Shown: in pieces, positions 1-13,641 of the stretch
How the letters are laid out: every line of letters begins with the position of its first letter
Numbering within the stretch: position 1 is the stretch's first letter
From: Tubiluchus corallicola
Lineage: Eukaryota > Animalia > Priapulida
Direction of reading: 5' to 3'
Assembly (NCBI GenBank): GCA_030141605.1
Contig: JAQGDQ010000412.1
Location: 142,493 to 206,492, forward strand
Length of the DNA: 64,000 bases
Notes under the pieces: model-generated
What the model saw: only the letters and a program-made list of their open reading frames with translations
What the model was told of the DNA's origin: nothing
Databases searched by the model: none
Translations under genes and position numbers: made by a program

Positions 1-952
1 TTCTTTGAAAAATCAAATAGCATGCTGATGCTGGACTGTGTTGCCTGGCGTAATTGTGGCTTTTCTGAAGGTGTTGCAATGGTGGTGTGCCAAGGCTCAT
101 AAGGATAAAAGAGGTGAGTTCCAGGGGCATAAGTGGGTGGAACGTCAAACGGTGGTCGTAGGGAGAATTCCCGGTCTCTCGGCGCAGGAGAGACAAAACC
201 TCCCCTAGGAGGAACAAGACAAGGCCTAATTTGTACGTCATTTTTTCCAGCACAAAGGGCACAATGACGATTTCTGAACCACTGTTCGTCATCACTGAAT
301 TTGTCAACTATCCTTACTGGCCCAATGTAACTTCGGCACTGACTTCTGAAGAGGCCTTTGCAGTTCTCACGCATGCGTCCACGAAATCTTCCAAATTCGT
401 GACAATGTCGAGGTCTCACCCCTTTTACTGGTCTAACAGTAAAGTTGCATTGTCTAAGCAGGTGATTTCTCTCACGTGGGCTGCGAGTTTGCATAGCTTT
501 TAAGACGCTCTCTCGATCATCACAATCCAATGTTGCATTCCAGTGAACAATGTCATCAAACCTGTAACCATGACAACGAGCGCAATATCCGTTTCTGAAG
601 GTCACATTGTTGTGAGCTGTCACTGGTAATCTTGCATGAAAGTCATCTTTTCCATCATCTGTTACATTTTCACATTTGCGCCTGATGCGGTCACTTCCAC
701 GCCACCCTCGAGGACAATGGCTAACCATTGAAACAGCATTTTTCCGGCTGTCGTATTTCTTACACACTGAGTTGACAGCAGTGTCTGGTGGTGGGGGTGG
801 ACTCCAGTCCGGTCTGCACAGTTGCACGTAGTCATGGCAACAGTCTCCATGGATGTGGCACTGATCATCGCAACCACAGTTTCCCGGGTTCTCTTTTGTC
901 TCGTTACAACGATCTCTGCACGTGTACTCTGGACAGATCAACAAAGATATGT
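1..952 (-). CDS. Large internal exon encoding a somatomedin-B domain plus cysteine-rich ectodomain, probably an SMB-containing secretin/Methuselah-like GPCR; runs off the left edge
   Basis: My translation of the minus strand is open from the acceptor tatttcag|AC (952) to the window edge: ISLLICPEYTCRDRCNETKENPGNCGCDDQCHIHGDCCHDYVQLC (SMB CxCDxxCxxxGDCCxDY), then MVSHCP...LPVT...FRNGYCARCH and FRNRHCALC motifs, typical of invertebrate SMB-GPCR ectodomains. The GPCR part is inferred; it is not in the window. Confidence 0.8.
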
Positions 953-1419
953 CTGAAATAGTGACAAGAAGGAGCTTTATATGTATTTTTGAAAGAAACA
1001 GGAGTATTTACACAATTGCAGACTGATTTTTTTTTGTTTTACAACAGCAGTGGTAAAACGTCACTACGGAAAGCTTTCACTTTTTAAACTGTGATTACTT
1101 AGTTAAATTTCAAATATGGTCCACTATAAAATTAAGTAGTCTTAAACATTTTTTTCATATATGTTTCATGCACCAAAGAAACAATTAGCAGGCAAAAGTC
1201 TAGGAACCGGAGCCCTTTCCATTCTAGTAATTACGTTCATTTGTAATTACCGTGTTTCAATGACTTCATGGTTTAGTTGGATTAATGTTATGCTGCTTGC
1301 CATGACCTTAAATGCAAGTCCAAACAGAAGTGGTGTTGATGTCCCCGTAGCATTGTCTAGTTATTTGGTGGATTACTTTGTGTTTACCTGTCTTGAGCAC
1401 GGAGTTCCTTTATTTTAGA

Positions 1420-3685
1420 ATTCTACCTACCCATGTCTACAATAGACACAGCAGACATATGATGATGATTCTGCCTACCCATGTTTACAATAGATGCAAC
1501 GGACATATGATGAAAATTCTGCCTATCCTTGTCTACAGTAGACGCAACTGACATATGATGATGATTCTGCCTACCCATGTCTACAATAGATGCAACTGAC
1601 ATATGATGAAAATTATGCCTATCCTTGTCTACAATAGATGCAACGGACATATGATGAAAATTCTGCCTATCCTTGTCTACAATCGACAGAGCAGACATAT
1701 GATGATGATTCTGCCTACCCATGTCTACAATAGATGCAACGGGCATATGATGAAAATTCTGCCTATCCTTGTCTACAATAGATGCAACTGACATATGATG
1801 ATGATTCTGTCTACCCACGTCTACAATAGATGCAACTGGCATATGATGATGATTCTACCTACCCATGTTTACAATAGATGCAACGGACATATGATGAAAA
1901 TTCTGCCTATCCTTGTCTACAATAGACGCAACTGACATATGATGATGATTCTGTCTACCCACGTCTACAATAGATGCAACTGACATATGATGATGATTCT
2001 GTCTACCCACGTCTACAATAGATGCAACTGGCATATGATGATGATTCTGCCTACCCATGTCTACAATAGATGCAACTGGCATATGATGATGATTCTACCT
2101 ACCCATGTTTACAATAGATGCAACGGACATATGATGAAAATTCTGCCTATCCTTGTCTACAATAGACGCAACTGACATATGATGATGATTCTGTCTACCC
2201 ACGTCTACAATAGATGCAACTGACATATGATGATGATTCTGCCTACCCATGTCTACAATAGATGCAACGGGCATATGATGATGATTCTCCCTACCCACGT
2301 CTACAATAGATGCAACGGGCATATGATGATGATTCTGCCTACCCACGTCTACAATAGATGCAACGGGCATATGATGATGATTCTGCCTACCCATGTCTAC
2401 AATAGATGCAACGGGCATATGATGATGATTCTGCCTACCCACGTCTACAATAGATGCAACGGGCATATGATAATGATTCTGCCTACCCATGTCTACACTA
2501 GATGCAACGGGCATATGATGATGATTCTGCCTACCCATGTCTACAATAGATGCAACGGGCATATGATGATGATTCTCCCTACACACGTCTACAATAGATG
2601 CAACGGGCATATGATGATGATTCTCCCTACCCACGTCTAAAATAGACGCAACTGACATATGATGATGATTCTGCCTACCCATGTCTACAATAGATGCAAC
2701 GGGCATATCATGATGATTCTGCCTACCCACGTCTACAATAGATGCAACGGGCATATGATGATGATTCTGCCTACCCACGTCTACAATAGATGCAACGGGC
2801 ATATGATGATGATTCTGCCTACCCACGTCTTCAATAGATGCAACGGGCATATGATAATGATTCTGCCTACCCATGTTTACAATAGATGCAACGGACATAT
2901 GATGAAAATTCTGCCTATCCTTGTCTACAATAGACGCAACTGACATATGATGATGATTCTGTCTACCCACGTCTACAATAGATGCAACTGACATATGATG
3001 ATGATTCTGCCTACCCATGTCTACAATAGATGCAACGGGCATATGATGATGATTCTCCCTACCCACGTCTACAATAGATGCAACGGGCATATGATGATGA
3101 TTCTGCCTACCCACGTCTACAATAGATGCAACTGACATATGATGATGATTCTGCCTACCCATGTCTACAATAGATGCAACGGGCATATGATGATGATTCT
3201 GCCTACCCACGTCTACAATAGATGCAACGGGCATATGATAATGATTCTGCCTACCCATGTCTACACTAGATGCAACGGGCATATGATGATGATTCTGCCT
3301 ACCCATGTCTACAATAGATGCAACGGGCATATCATGATGATTCTGCCTACCCACGTCTACAATAGATGCAACGGGCATATGATGATGATTCTGCCTACCC
3401 ACGTCTACACTAGATGCAACGGGCATATGATGATGATTCTGCCTACCCATGTCTACAATAGATGCAACGGGCATATCATGATGATTCTGCCTACCCACGT
3501 CTACAATAGATGCAACGGGCATATGATGATGATTCTGCCTACCCACGTCTACAATAGATGCAACGGGCATATGATGATGATTCTGCCTACCCACGTCTTC
3601 AATAGATGCAACGGGCATATGATAATGATTCTGCCTACCCACGTCTACAATAGAAGCAACGGGCATATGATGATGATGATGATGA
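1420..3685. repeat. 48-bp minisatellite, about 47 copies
   Basis: Unit ATGATGATGATTCTGCCTACCCATGTCTACAATAGATGCAACGGGCAT with recurring variants; explains all ORFs at 1423-3801. Confidence 0.97.
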
Positions 3686-4074
3686 CGAAGCACCAAAGCA
3701 TCATACGCAAGCAACATCATGTTCAGCTTAATGTCTGCTGGAGTGTGGAAAAGCCGATTAAGCCCAGAAACCCAACAGAATGTAATAGCGGTTTATGGTA
3801 AACTTGCTTTTAATTTTTTCCACTTGCATTTAAAAGTACTCACCTCTTTTTTGTCCAAAGACTAGTATTGCGGATATATTTATGCAAATTAGAAACCAAT
3901 AAACAGGCAACTTAAGCATTTTCACTTGTTAGACTGTGAAGCTGAGCTTACATTGTTGCTGCAGGTATAAGGCTAATAACCTGAAATTAAGCAGATCAAG
4001 GTTTCAATATCGAGCAAGCAAAAATAATATTAGCACGTAAATCAGATTTGACCTATCTGCAAAAATTAGTTCGC

Positions 4075-4315
4075 ATCACCGTCATATTATCGTCATCGTC
4101 ATCATTATCGTTATCATCATGATCATGACCATCATCACCATCGTCGTCGTGGTCATCATCATCATTGTCGTCGTCACTGTCGTGGTCGTCATCATATTCA
4201 TCATCAACTTCGTCGTCATCATCATCGTCGTCGCCGTCATCATCATCATCGTCGACATCGTCATCAACGTCATCATTGTGAACCTCATTATCACCGTTAT
4301 CATTGTTGTTATCAT
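4075..4315. repeat. Degenerate (ATC/GTC)n microsatellite
   Basis: Direct reading. Confidence 0.9.
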
Positions 4316-4774
4316 AAACGCTAGAGCATCACACTAAAATTTACTCCCTTAGATACTGCAGTTACATGATTACATTTGGCTCCATGCAGACTCCATAAAA
4401 TTGGCTCCACGTGTTTTTCGTGGTACCATCTTCCACTGCACTCTTGCACGTTGTCTCTGATTGCCCGGATTTAGTTTATGACGTCTGCCACAGCTTTGCC
4501 ACTATAATCCTATGAATCATAACCTTCTTCAAGTGTGTTATATCCAAATATCACAATTCTGTCTACAAGAAAATGCAGTCCTAACAGATTCAGTCAGTTG
4601 GCTTCCTAGCCCAAACAAGGTGTTGTGGCGGTTTCTGTGTACTTAACCTTATTTAATAAGCAGCTGTATTGAGATTAAAGCAAATATTTAATCATTGTGA
4701 TCAAACAATCAGGGTTAGCAACGGTTGCATAATCACCTGGCACACTACTGAACAACAAAGCAGCGATTCCTTAA

Positions 4775-5230
4775 CCTTTTCATACCCGCTGTATCCTGTG
4801 GGATACGAGAATATTTTCTGCCTTTAAAATTAATAAAATTTTAAAACTGACAGTCATTTGATCTGTTAATAGTTATTTTGATTTAAGCCAATAACAAGAG
4901 ACTAAAATGGTAATAAAATGGCAAACTAGAAAATCTACATAGCATAAAAAACTGCGCAAGGTACAATACTTTAGAGATGACTTTGTACAGATCAGGATAG
5001 CATGCATACTAAATGTCTTAAATACTTTAAAAAATTATCAGCAGTTGCAAAATGAAGCACATTTTTTGCTTCCATTGAATCTCAATGTATCCCGTGGGAT
5101 ACAGGCTATATTTAGCACGCGAGCACAGGTCGAAAAAAATTATTATGTGTAAACAAGATGGACATACTGAACAAAAGTACCAAATCAAAAAAATTTTTCT
5201 TATTAAAAAAATAATTTGGGACTGAAAGGG
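4775..5230. mobile_element. piggyBac-type non-autonomous MITE, copy 1
   Basis: TTAA|CCTTTTCA...TGAAAGGG|TTAA, with internal palindromes GTATCCYGTGGGATAC; an inverted copy lies at 45961-46430. Confidence 0.85.
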
Positions 5231-5339
5231 TTAAATGTCAAGCGATTTGAGAAGTTAGTTTTATTTCAATGTTCGAGAAAAATGTTAGAAAGATTAAGTA
5301 ATAAAAACAGTTCAGTGTATGGCAGCAAAACGATAAGGA

Positions 5340-6990
5340 AATTTATCTCTTTACACCAACGTTTTCACCCCAAAAAGATAAAGCGCTGATAAAAATTTGT
5401 TATCAGGAAAAAAATCGTACTTAATCCTGTTGTTAGGTCACCATGTCTGCAAATTTCATAAGGTCTATGCGCTTTGACCTCTGACTGAAAGTGCGCTGGC
5501 CTGAATAAATTTGCACACCTAGTGCTCTAACAACAGGATTGGCCATAGATATGTTGATGTGGAGGCCCAATGCAACAACACTACATACATCTATTCAAAG
5601 CAAAGAACACATACATAGCTATACACCCACATATCGTATTTAATTTATACAAAAACTCTTAGTTATATGCGGTTAATTTTTTAAATTTATCCTAAAGTAC
5701 ATCCTAAAACTAAAACATACTACACACATTGGCGTATGCAGCACTCAGGGTATGACAGAAAAACAATAAAGAAATTTACCTGACGTAACTTCACCACAAA
5801 TGATAATAATTTGTTATCAAGAAAAATAATCGTACTTAATCCTATTGTCAGGTCTGTATGACTGCAAATCTCATAAGGTCTTTGACGTTTGACTGAAAGT
5901 GGGCTGGCCTTAATAAACTTGCAGTCATAGTGCTCTAGCAACAGGGTTGGTCATAGATATGTCAAAATATTTATTATTCTTATTAATTTTTTATTCAATG
6001 TGACAAGACGAATCCTTTGGGGTTGACGTGCAATAAGTGCCTGGTGTAATGATATAGTAGAGGAACAATTTTAATGTTCCATGACACTTTCAGTACAATA
6101 AACATTTTAAAGCTGTTTCAAAGCCGAGGCCACTGAAAAAGTTTAGCTTTCCTTCTCAGAATGTCAGCAATTTTAGCAAGGGGCAAAGAATGGTCAATGT
6201 AAGGGATGCCAAATTTCAAAAATGCACAAATCCTAATAAAATGCATATGAAATGACTCGACTTGTCACATTTAATAAAAATATAAAGGTTGACCTATCTG
6301 TGACCTTTTATTAAGTTGCTATGGCTGCAAATTTCACAAGGTCAATGCACTTTGACCTCTGACTGAAAGTGCAATGGCCTTAATAAATTTGCATATCCAA
6401 GTGAAAAATAAATTTCTATTCTATTCTATTCTGTTCTGTTCTGTTCTGTTCTGTTCTGTTCTGTTCTGTTCTGTTCTGTTCTGTTCTGTTCTGTTCTGTT
6501 CTGTTCTGTTCTATTCTATTCTATTCTATTCTATTCTATTCTATTCTATTCTATTCTATTCTATTCTATTCTATTCTATTCTAATTTATTCTGTTCCGTT
6601 CCGTTCCATTCCATTCGATTGCATTATTCTATAGGGCAGAAATACTTATTAAGGCCAATGCGCTTTGCGTCAAAGGTCAAACCGCATTGACCTTATGAAA
6701 TTTGCAGTCATCCTGACCTGACTATAGGATTAAGTACGATTATCAATGCTTTATCATTTGTGGTGAAGTCCGTGATGTAAACAGGTAAGTTTCTTTTTCT
6801 TTTTCTGCCATACACTGAGGCTGCAAACGAAAATGTGTCTAGCACTATGACGTATTCATGATAAATTCACAAAATTAACCACATATAACCAAGAGTTTTT
6901 GTATAAATTAAATACGATATGTATATATGTGTGTAGCTATGTATGTATCCTTTACTTTGAAAATATGTATGTCGTATTGTTGCATTGGGC
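5340..6990. repeat. Composite fold-back repeat: repeated approx. 110-bp module and long inverted arms around a pentamer microsatellite
   Basis: The module TCGTACTTAATCCT...GCAAATTTCATAAGGTC...GACTGAAAGTG occurs at about 5415, 5830 and partly 6325, and inverted at about 6650-6740; 5563-5680 is inverted at 6870-6990. Confidence 0.75.
6412..6630. repeat. (TTCTG)n(TTCTA)n microsatellite
   Basis: Direct reading. Confidence 0.95.
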
Positions 6991-8034
6991 CTACACAATA
7001 TTGTTTCATGTTCTGTCCTCGGTTTAAATAACTGTATTTAACTTACACTATTGTTGTTGTTACTAATGTAACACAGCCCCCAACAACTGGAATAAAATAA
7101 GTGCCCAAGTAAAAATTACGCAAAACTATTTATAGTTTCAAAAAGTACTTGAAAAGGACCATTTTTGATACATATAATACAATTTCAATGCTTCCATGTC
7201 TCATGCAGTCGGCAATATATGGCCTCCAATCAATTATAATGCTATTTTAACATAGCTCCTTTTAAATTAAACATACACTGTTTTCGTTTCTTCTCCTCTT
7301 TTCCTTCTCCCTATCCCTAATCTTACTGTTTTTTTACATTCCATCATTTCTTCTGACCCTAACCATTCTTTCATTCACTCATCCTGCCCTCCCTTCCTTC
7401 TTCCTATCCCTAATCTTACTATTTTTCCATTCCATCATGTCTACTAACCCTAACCATTCTTTCATTCACTCATTTCTGCCACCCTAACAAGCCAAGCTTT
7501 CAAGGTGTCATACAGCAACTCTTTTATTTGATTAATTTGACTTCATCAACGGTTTTTTACCTATACTGTTTCTTTTATCAATAATATTGTATGTCGATGT
7601 ATTGTATATGTATTGCTGGAGTGAAATAAATTGATTGATTGATTGATTGATTGATGTAGTATAGGTTTTATTATGTTGCGTATATGTGTATTTATATTTT
7701 TACAAACAATATATGTATTGTGTTTATAGTGTTTACTCAATAAATATTAAATATCATTTACTTTTTGCTGGTTCATAAAACTAGTTACCTGACGAGCAGG
7801 TCTAGTGAATCATTTCCCTTACACATAATTTAATAATGTGTATTTTATAGTAATTATCGACACTGCTTAGTATTTAACAATTCCTAGAACATGGCCGTTT
7901 GCCCTGAGCAAGCTGGCGTGTTACATACTGGCCTAAGAACAAAATACTTGACAATCTACAATAAGTTTGCCAGACAATTAGTCATTTAAAGGGGAAGAAA
8001 AGGGAACTTTGAAAGGGAGGTATATTCCCTATCA

Positions 8035-8620
8035 CTAAAATTCCCAATCATTGAAGCACACAAAGAACATTTTACTCTGCTTTTTATATTTAAATACATT
8101 AACAACATCAGTAAACCATTCCAGAATAACAGATTTACCTTTTTCCCAAATCCCATCATTAATTCCAGAACAAGCAATCTAAAACAAATTAGGACAAATA
8201 CCCACTATGGAACGAACTCTGTAATCAAACAAGCAATTCTACTTTGTAATTCTCTACCATTACAGGTTAAACAAATCAAGTCCCTATCAGCATTTAAAAC
8301 AAAATTAAAATCACTAATCTTAACCAGATATGAAATACCATCACACCAGTACGACAACATACACACTAATTCAGAAATTATATATCCACGGCCATATTAA
8401 TTAAATCATATTTTTTTCATTTTTTGTGCATAGTTGTAAATATGTTTGATTTTATTCGTCGTTACTTTCCATTACTGCACAGTAGTTTAGATTGCATTGA
8501 CGCACTTGCCTTTAGAAATTCAAGTTTTCATTAACTAACACTGATTAATCTCTGTTTTTATTCAGTGATTATCAATGTATTTTAATGGCAAATAAAGATT
8601 ATATATATATATATATATAA
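8035..8620 (+). mobile_element. 3' end of a CR1/L2-group LINE (ORF2 C-terminus plus 3' UTR)
   Basis: Translates as ...NSRTSNLKQIRTNTHYGTNSVIKQAILLCNSLPLQVKQIKSLSAFKTKLKSLIL (WNxLP...SLxxFKxKLK motif), followed by AATAAA and a (TA)n tail. Confidence 0.75.
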
Positions 8621-9089
8621 ATATAGATTTGGGCGTCCATGAAAAATAAACGTGAAAAACTAGAAGAACTTTGCTAGGCAATCAGCCATTTAAAAGTCAG
8701 AAAAGAGAATTTTAAAGCAAGTCTCAAATAATATCAAAGTTGTACTACGAAGTCTACAAAGTTATGCCACTTGGCATTACGCTTACCTGTTTATAGAAGA
8801 CTTATGCAACTGAATAAAATTCCTAATTAATTAAAATATTAGCGCCCCCTGGTAAAATATCACTGTTTCACCATGACAACACAATGCATCACTACCAAAG
8901 TCTACATACTTCTGCACATACCATTGACTACGAAATACCATAGGAGTAATTCTTAATACTGTGAAACGATTATGAATTCTCACACTGGACTCTTCAACAG
9001 GCATCTTAACTCTTTATGTTGGTTGAGTTCAACGGCTGGGTTCGCTCACCTTGCAGTCACGAATCTGTTCAATTCTTTTTGTCTCTCTA

Positions 9090-9353
9090 GCTTACTCACT
9101 TGCTCACTCTCTCACTCACTCACACACACACTCACTCGCTCGCTCACTCACTCACTCACTCACTCACTCACTCACTCACTCACTCACTCACTCACTCACT
9201 CACTCACTCACTCACTCACTCACTCGCACATTCTTTCTCTCTCTCTCTCTCGCTCTTTCTCTCTCTCTCTCTCTCTCTCCCTCTTTCTCTCTCTCTCTCT
9301 CTCTCTCTCTGTCTTCCCTTTCTCTCTCTCTGTATCTTTCTCTCTCTTTATCT

Positions 9354-9394
<41 letters not shown>

Positions 9395-9447
9395 ACTCTC
9401 CATCTCTCTCTCTCTCTTTCTCTCTCTTTATCTTTCTCTCTCTGTCT

Positions 9448-9525
<78 letters not shown>
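9090..9525. repeat. (CACT)n plus (CT)n microsatellite
   Basis: Direct reading. Confidence 0.97.
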
Positions 9526-9529
<4 letters not shown>

Positions 9530-9939
9530 TCCGCATTAATATTAAAGCTTAAGCGGCATATAACAGACATGCACAATGCGTTATGCGTTGTTTATACGGT
9601 TTGTACAATATACAAACTTTATATTGCTTTCAATTAACCCGTTCATTAGACCTGTGTTATTGTGTTACCTTGTCTGTCTATATTTCTTTTTAAATTGTTT
9701 ATACGAGGCTGAATAAGACTAAAAAACGGAAATGCTAAAAAAGACGGCAAATCTGGTAAACGCTGCTTAAATATTGTTAGCAGGTTGCTTACTTTCATTA
9801 GACACAAATCAATACTATGTTCTCTTTCTCTTACAAGAGAGAATTTTTACAAGAGAGAATTTTACAAGAGAGAATTTTTGAAACTATTTGAAAATCTGAA
9901 ATTATTACACTAGCTTCTATACCGTGACGGCAACTTTAA

Positions 9940-10582
9940 AGGAAAAGAAAATGGGGTACCTGAAGTAGGTTTCAGAAAAATCGCCTTAAAAAATTATATT
10001 ACTTTGCAGCAATTTTTTTGTTTGCTTTCATTTTAAATCTCCCGCAATAGTGTTCCGACGGCGCCATTACATGACGTCATGCACCAAACGTAAATCAGGG
10101 GAAGAAAAGGCAATGTTAAATTATGTCCCAAAAAACTTTCTGTGCAAATCTATATTACTTAGCATTTCACTTACCTGCTGGAAAGACTTATGTAACTAGA
10201 CTAATAATTTAAAATGTTTGCCCCAATTGGTAAAATGTCGCTGACTCACCCTCCAGAGTGCGCCACTCACGAACCAAAAACGTATTTTTAATCTTATTGA
10301 CAAGATACAGTAATTTAAAATTTTACTTAATTAGCAACATGCATGCTACGAATGCTCTGATTATTTTTTCAAACTTTACTTAATATTATCAAAACTTGTT
10401 TTAAACGACCTACCATTAAAATGGCTGCGCCTAACGGTCATTGCGGGGGTTTAAATTTGCACGTTTTATACAGCGTGACTGCCGACGCAAGCCCTAGGCA
10501 TACGAAAAGATAGTACCGTAAGTGGTATAAAATTTCGAGACGAATTTTTTAAGCTTAATGGAAGTGGAGGGTTTTCTTAGGT
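9940..10582. mobile_element. TTAA-flanked Kolobok-like non-autonomous DNA transposon, copy 1
   Basis: TTAA|AGGAAAAGAAAAT at the left end and TTTTCTTAGGT|TTAA at the right; inverted homologous copies at 44164-44818 and 52035-52671. The superfamily is inferred from TTAA plus AG...CT ends. Confidence 0.7.
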
Positions 10583-11769
10583 TTAAGTCGATCTGCACTT
10601 ATCTCAAACAGCAAAACATTTACTGTTTAATTAAGTAATTAATAACGGAAACAGTTTTCTCACTTTTTCTTGTCTATTGTTTTCTCTTCTCGCCTCTTTC
10701 TCTTCTCTTTATAGTTTTTTTCACAGCAGGTTTATACTATCTCTCCCTCTTTTCTTTTCACCTTCCCCCTTCACTCACTCTGCCAACTCTTCTTTCCCTC
10801 TTTCTTTTTTCGACTTTTACACTGTCTGTGTCACGTTTTCTCCACATGTTTTATCCTCTCCCTCTTTCATTCATTCATTTATTCACTTTCACCGTCTCTG
10901 TTTTATCTTATCCCTCCAACCTACTGCTTTGCTACTTCACCCCCGTCGTCTTTGCCCTTCCCCTTTTCGGCACTCTGAAAAGTAAACGAATGTCGAAGGA
11001 CACCGCGCAACCTCGACTCAACAACAGTCAACGCATATCTCCATATAAATGCTCATTTCACTTCCATGTAAAAGCAGCCCGATAAAATATTAACAAAGTG
11101 TTTATGTACGTACACTCATCGTAACGCGTACTGCTTATAGGTGCGAGAATAAAACGTTTTCACAAGTTAAAGATTAAACAGAACGAGAAAGCACATCTTC
11201 ATGCATAACGCTATCACTAACCAATGCCCGTCTAATAGATCTACAATTACAATATCCTAGCATCATTGAACCTTATTTCCTGTTTCACTGTGTATCTGCC
11301 GTGCATGATTATTCACGCTTGCCTTACCCTGCATGCTACAACCGCAAAAATGATTTCTAAAACCTGGAAAATAAATATATCCAGTCTTGCAAATCCTGGA
11401 AACGAAACTGTGCTTTGTTCTCGTCATTATTTTCCCAAGTTTTAAACAGTAAGAGCAAGTCACAAGTAACAGCCAGAGCCAGCAAACAAGTTTGGTTGTT
11501 GATAGTTTAGTGATTATTTCTGGTAATGGTATGACCTTCGAACAACTATTATGATTAAAACCGAATCACAATCTTTCTGCTTTACATTTTTCAGTCTCGA
11601 TATTGCGAAGACATTACGATTTGACATGGCGCCTGATATTATTGCTCACAAATATATTTTGTCGATTTATTAATTAACGGCAGAACATGTCAATTGAATT
11701 TTAAATTTCCACGTTCGTGATAGAAAATTATTTATACAGCTAGTTCGTCTAAGAATGATCGTTATTATT

Positions 11770-12163
<394 letters not shown>

Positions 12164-13012
12164 ATGTACACGCATCAATACATAAAAAAAAACCGCAATG
12201 CCCAAGACGTTTGGCCAATAAAAGCAAATTCGTTAACCCGATTTGAAGTTCAGAACTACTCGTTAAGTCGCATTTCACGGGACGAGAGTTACTGTGACGA
12301 CGGAACTGCATATAACCGTTTATTATGCATGGAGGACTGTTATTGCGAAGAAGTCATTGACATATGCAACTGCATTGACTCGTCAAGATGCATTAGATCG
12401 AGAAAGTCAATTGATCACGAAAACTGTAGAATGGATTACAACTGCTTTGCAGAAAACAGACTTGACATATTAGAAAAATGTGACCGGGGCTGCCCACCAA
12501 GTTGCCACCAGATCATTTTCAGCATAACAAGCACCACTGTAGAAGATGGTTTGACCTTTGCCCCACAAAAACTGTGGAAAGCAACACTGGCAGGATACAT
12601 CGCAGAGGAGGTCGTTTCCAAAAGCAGATCAGGATCAGAAGTAATTTCGGCACTTGAACAGCTGATAGATTGCAACGGAAATGGAACACCAACAATTGAC
12701 GATCTGGTGGGTGGATTGCCACTGGATGATTCCATATTAAATCACACAGCATACAAAGATTTTCTGCACCTTTTAGATACATCAGCCTGGACAGATATAG
12801 AAGTTTTCCTAAAGGACATTTCTTATAATGAAGTCACAGAAGTTTATGCTTATGAGTTTATAGACCTCGCTGCTGACGTTGGAGGACTTATGGGTCTCTA
12901 CCTTGGTTTGTCTATAATATCAATTGCTGAAGTGCTGGATATGCTTGGAGGTTTATGTGCAACTGTTTGCAGTAAATTTTCAAAGAAAAATGAAGTTGTT
13001 CCAATGAAGTAA
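12164..13012 (+). pseudogene. 5'-truncated DEG/ENaC paralog (thumb, knuckle and TM2 only)
   Basis: Near-identical to 21072-21961. Lacks the N-terminus and TM1, has an in-frame 42-bp deletion (WWATIYDVWNERSD), and abuts an ATC microsatellite. Confidence 0.85.
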
Positions 13013-13166
13013 TATTTAATAACCAAAAAGAGTGTTCTGCTACTGCACCACATCAAGTGCAGCTTTTTTTCTTTTATTCAATAGAGCTACAGATTGCAAG
13101 AGTAACAGCATGACAAAAATATATCTCCATGTAAATGTTTATATAGATAAGCAGTACATGATACTA

Positions 13167-13641
13167 CAGCCTACGTTGAAAACACCGGTTCTCGTCTGAT
13201 CACCGAAGTTAAGCAACGTAGTGCCTGGTTAGTACTTGGATGGGTGACGGCCTAGGAATACCAGGTGCTGTAGGCCTGCTCTCGACACTAGGCGGAGGAG
13301 CTGCACAAGCACAGGCTAGAGGGTAGAAGAGGTCAAGTGACCCAACGGCCATGTGTAGAGGCAGTTAAACTTTCAAAATCAGGATTGGAGCCCCGAAGGC
13401 GAACCAGTGTAGCATGTTCACTGACTTCGACAGCTCCTGCCAAACTGGTGCCAAATGTATCGCTCCGCTTTCCTTTGGACTACACAGGATCTCCATACAC
13501 CTTGCCAAGGCGTGCATCCTGGAGACGTTCAAGGATCGGACAGCTCTGCCACAGTCGACGCTGCAGCTCCATCAATGTGATCAATAACTGACTCTCTTGG
13601 CGCACACTCCATTGCCTACCGAGACAAAAGGATGCCAACCA
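13167..13641 (+). mobile_element. 5S rRNA-derived SINE (SINE3) with bipartite RTE-derived body
   Basis: 5S-like head at 13167-13275 (…GATCACCGAAGTTAAGCAACG…TTAGTACTTGGATGGGTGAC…GTAGGC) with no T-run terminator; body with an RTE-like 5'UTR segment and an ORF end SRIGQLCHSRRCS; tail GGATGCCAACCAA; 11-bp TSD ACATGATACTA at 13156-13166 and 13642-13652. Confidence 0.85.

Noticed and set aside
231-877. ORFs 231-503 (+) and 662-877 (-)
   Set aside because: They are shadow frames of the real minus-strand SMB exon.
1423-3801. His/Met-rich repeat ORFs (up to 541 aa) as a metal-binding protein
   Set aside because: They are translations of a 48-bp minisatellite, open in several frames on both strands and interrupted by stops; no splice or domain support.
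8972-9637. SL/ER/TH-repeat ORFs (also 43034, 53447, 55252, 58023 and other homopolymeric ORFs)
   Set aside because: They are microsatellite translations.
13167-13275. Functional 5S rRNA gene
   Set aside because: The 5' end is altered, there is no T-run terminator, and it continues into a retroelement body bounded by TSDs.
13276-13450. HDV-like or hammerhead ribozyme in the SINE body
   Set aside because: A GCGAA motif and some pairing are present, but I could not build a complete P1-P4 pseudoknot or a CUGAUGA core by eye.
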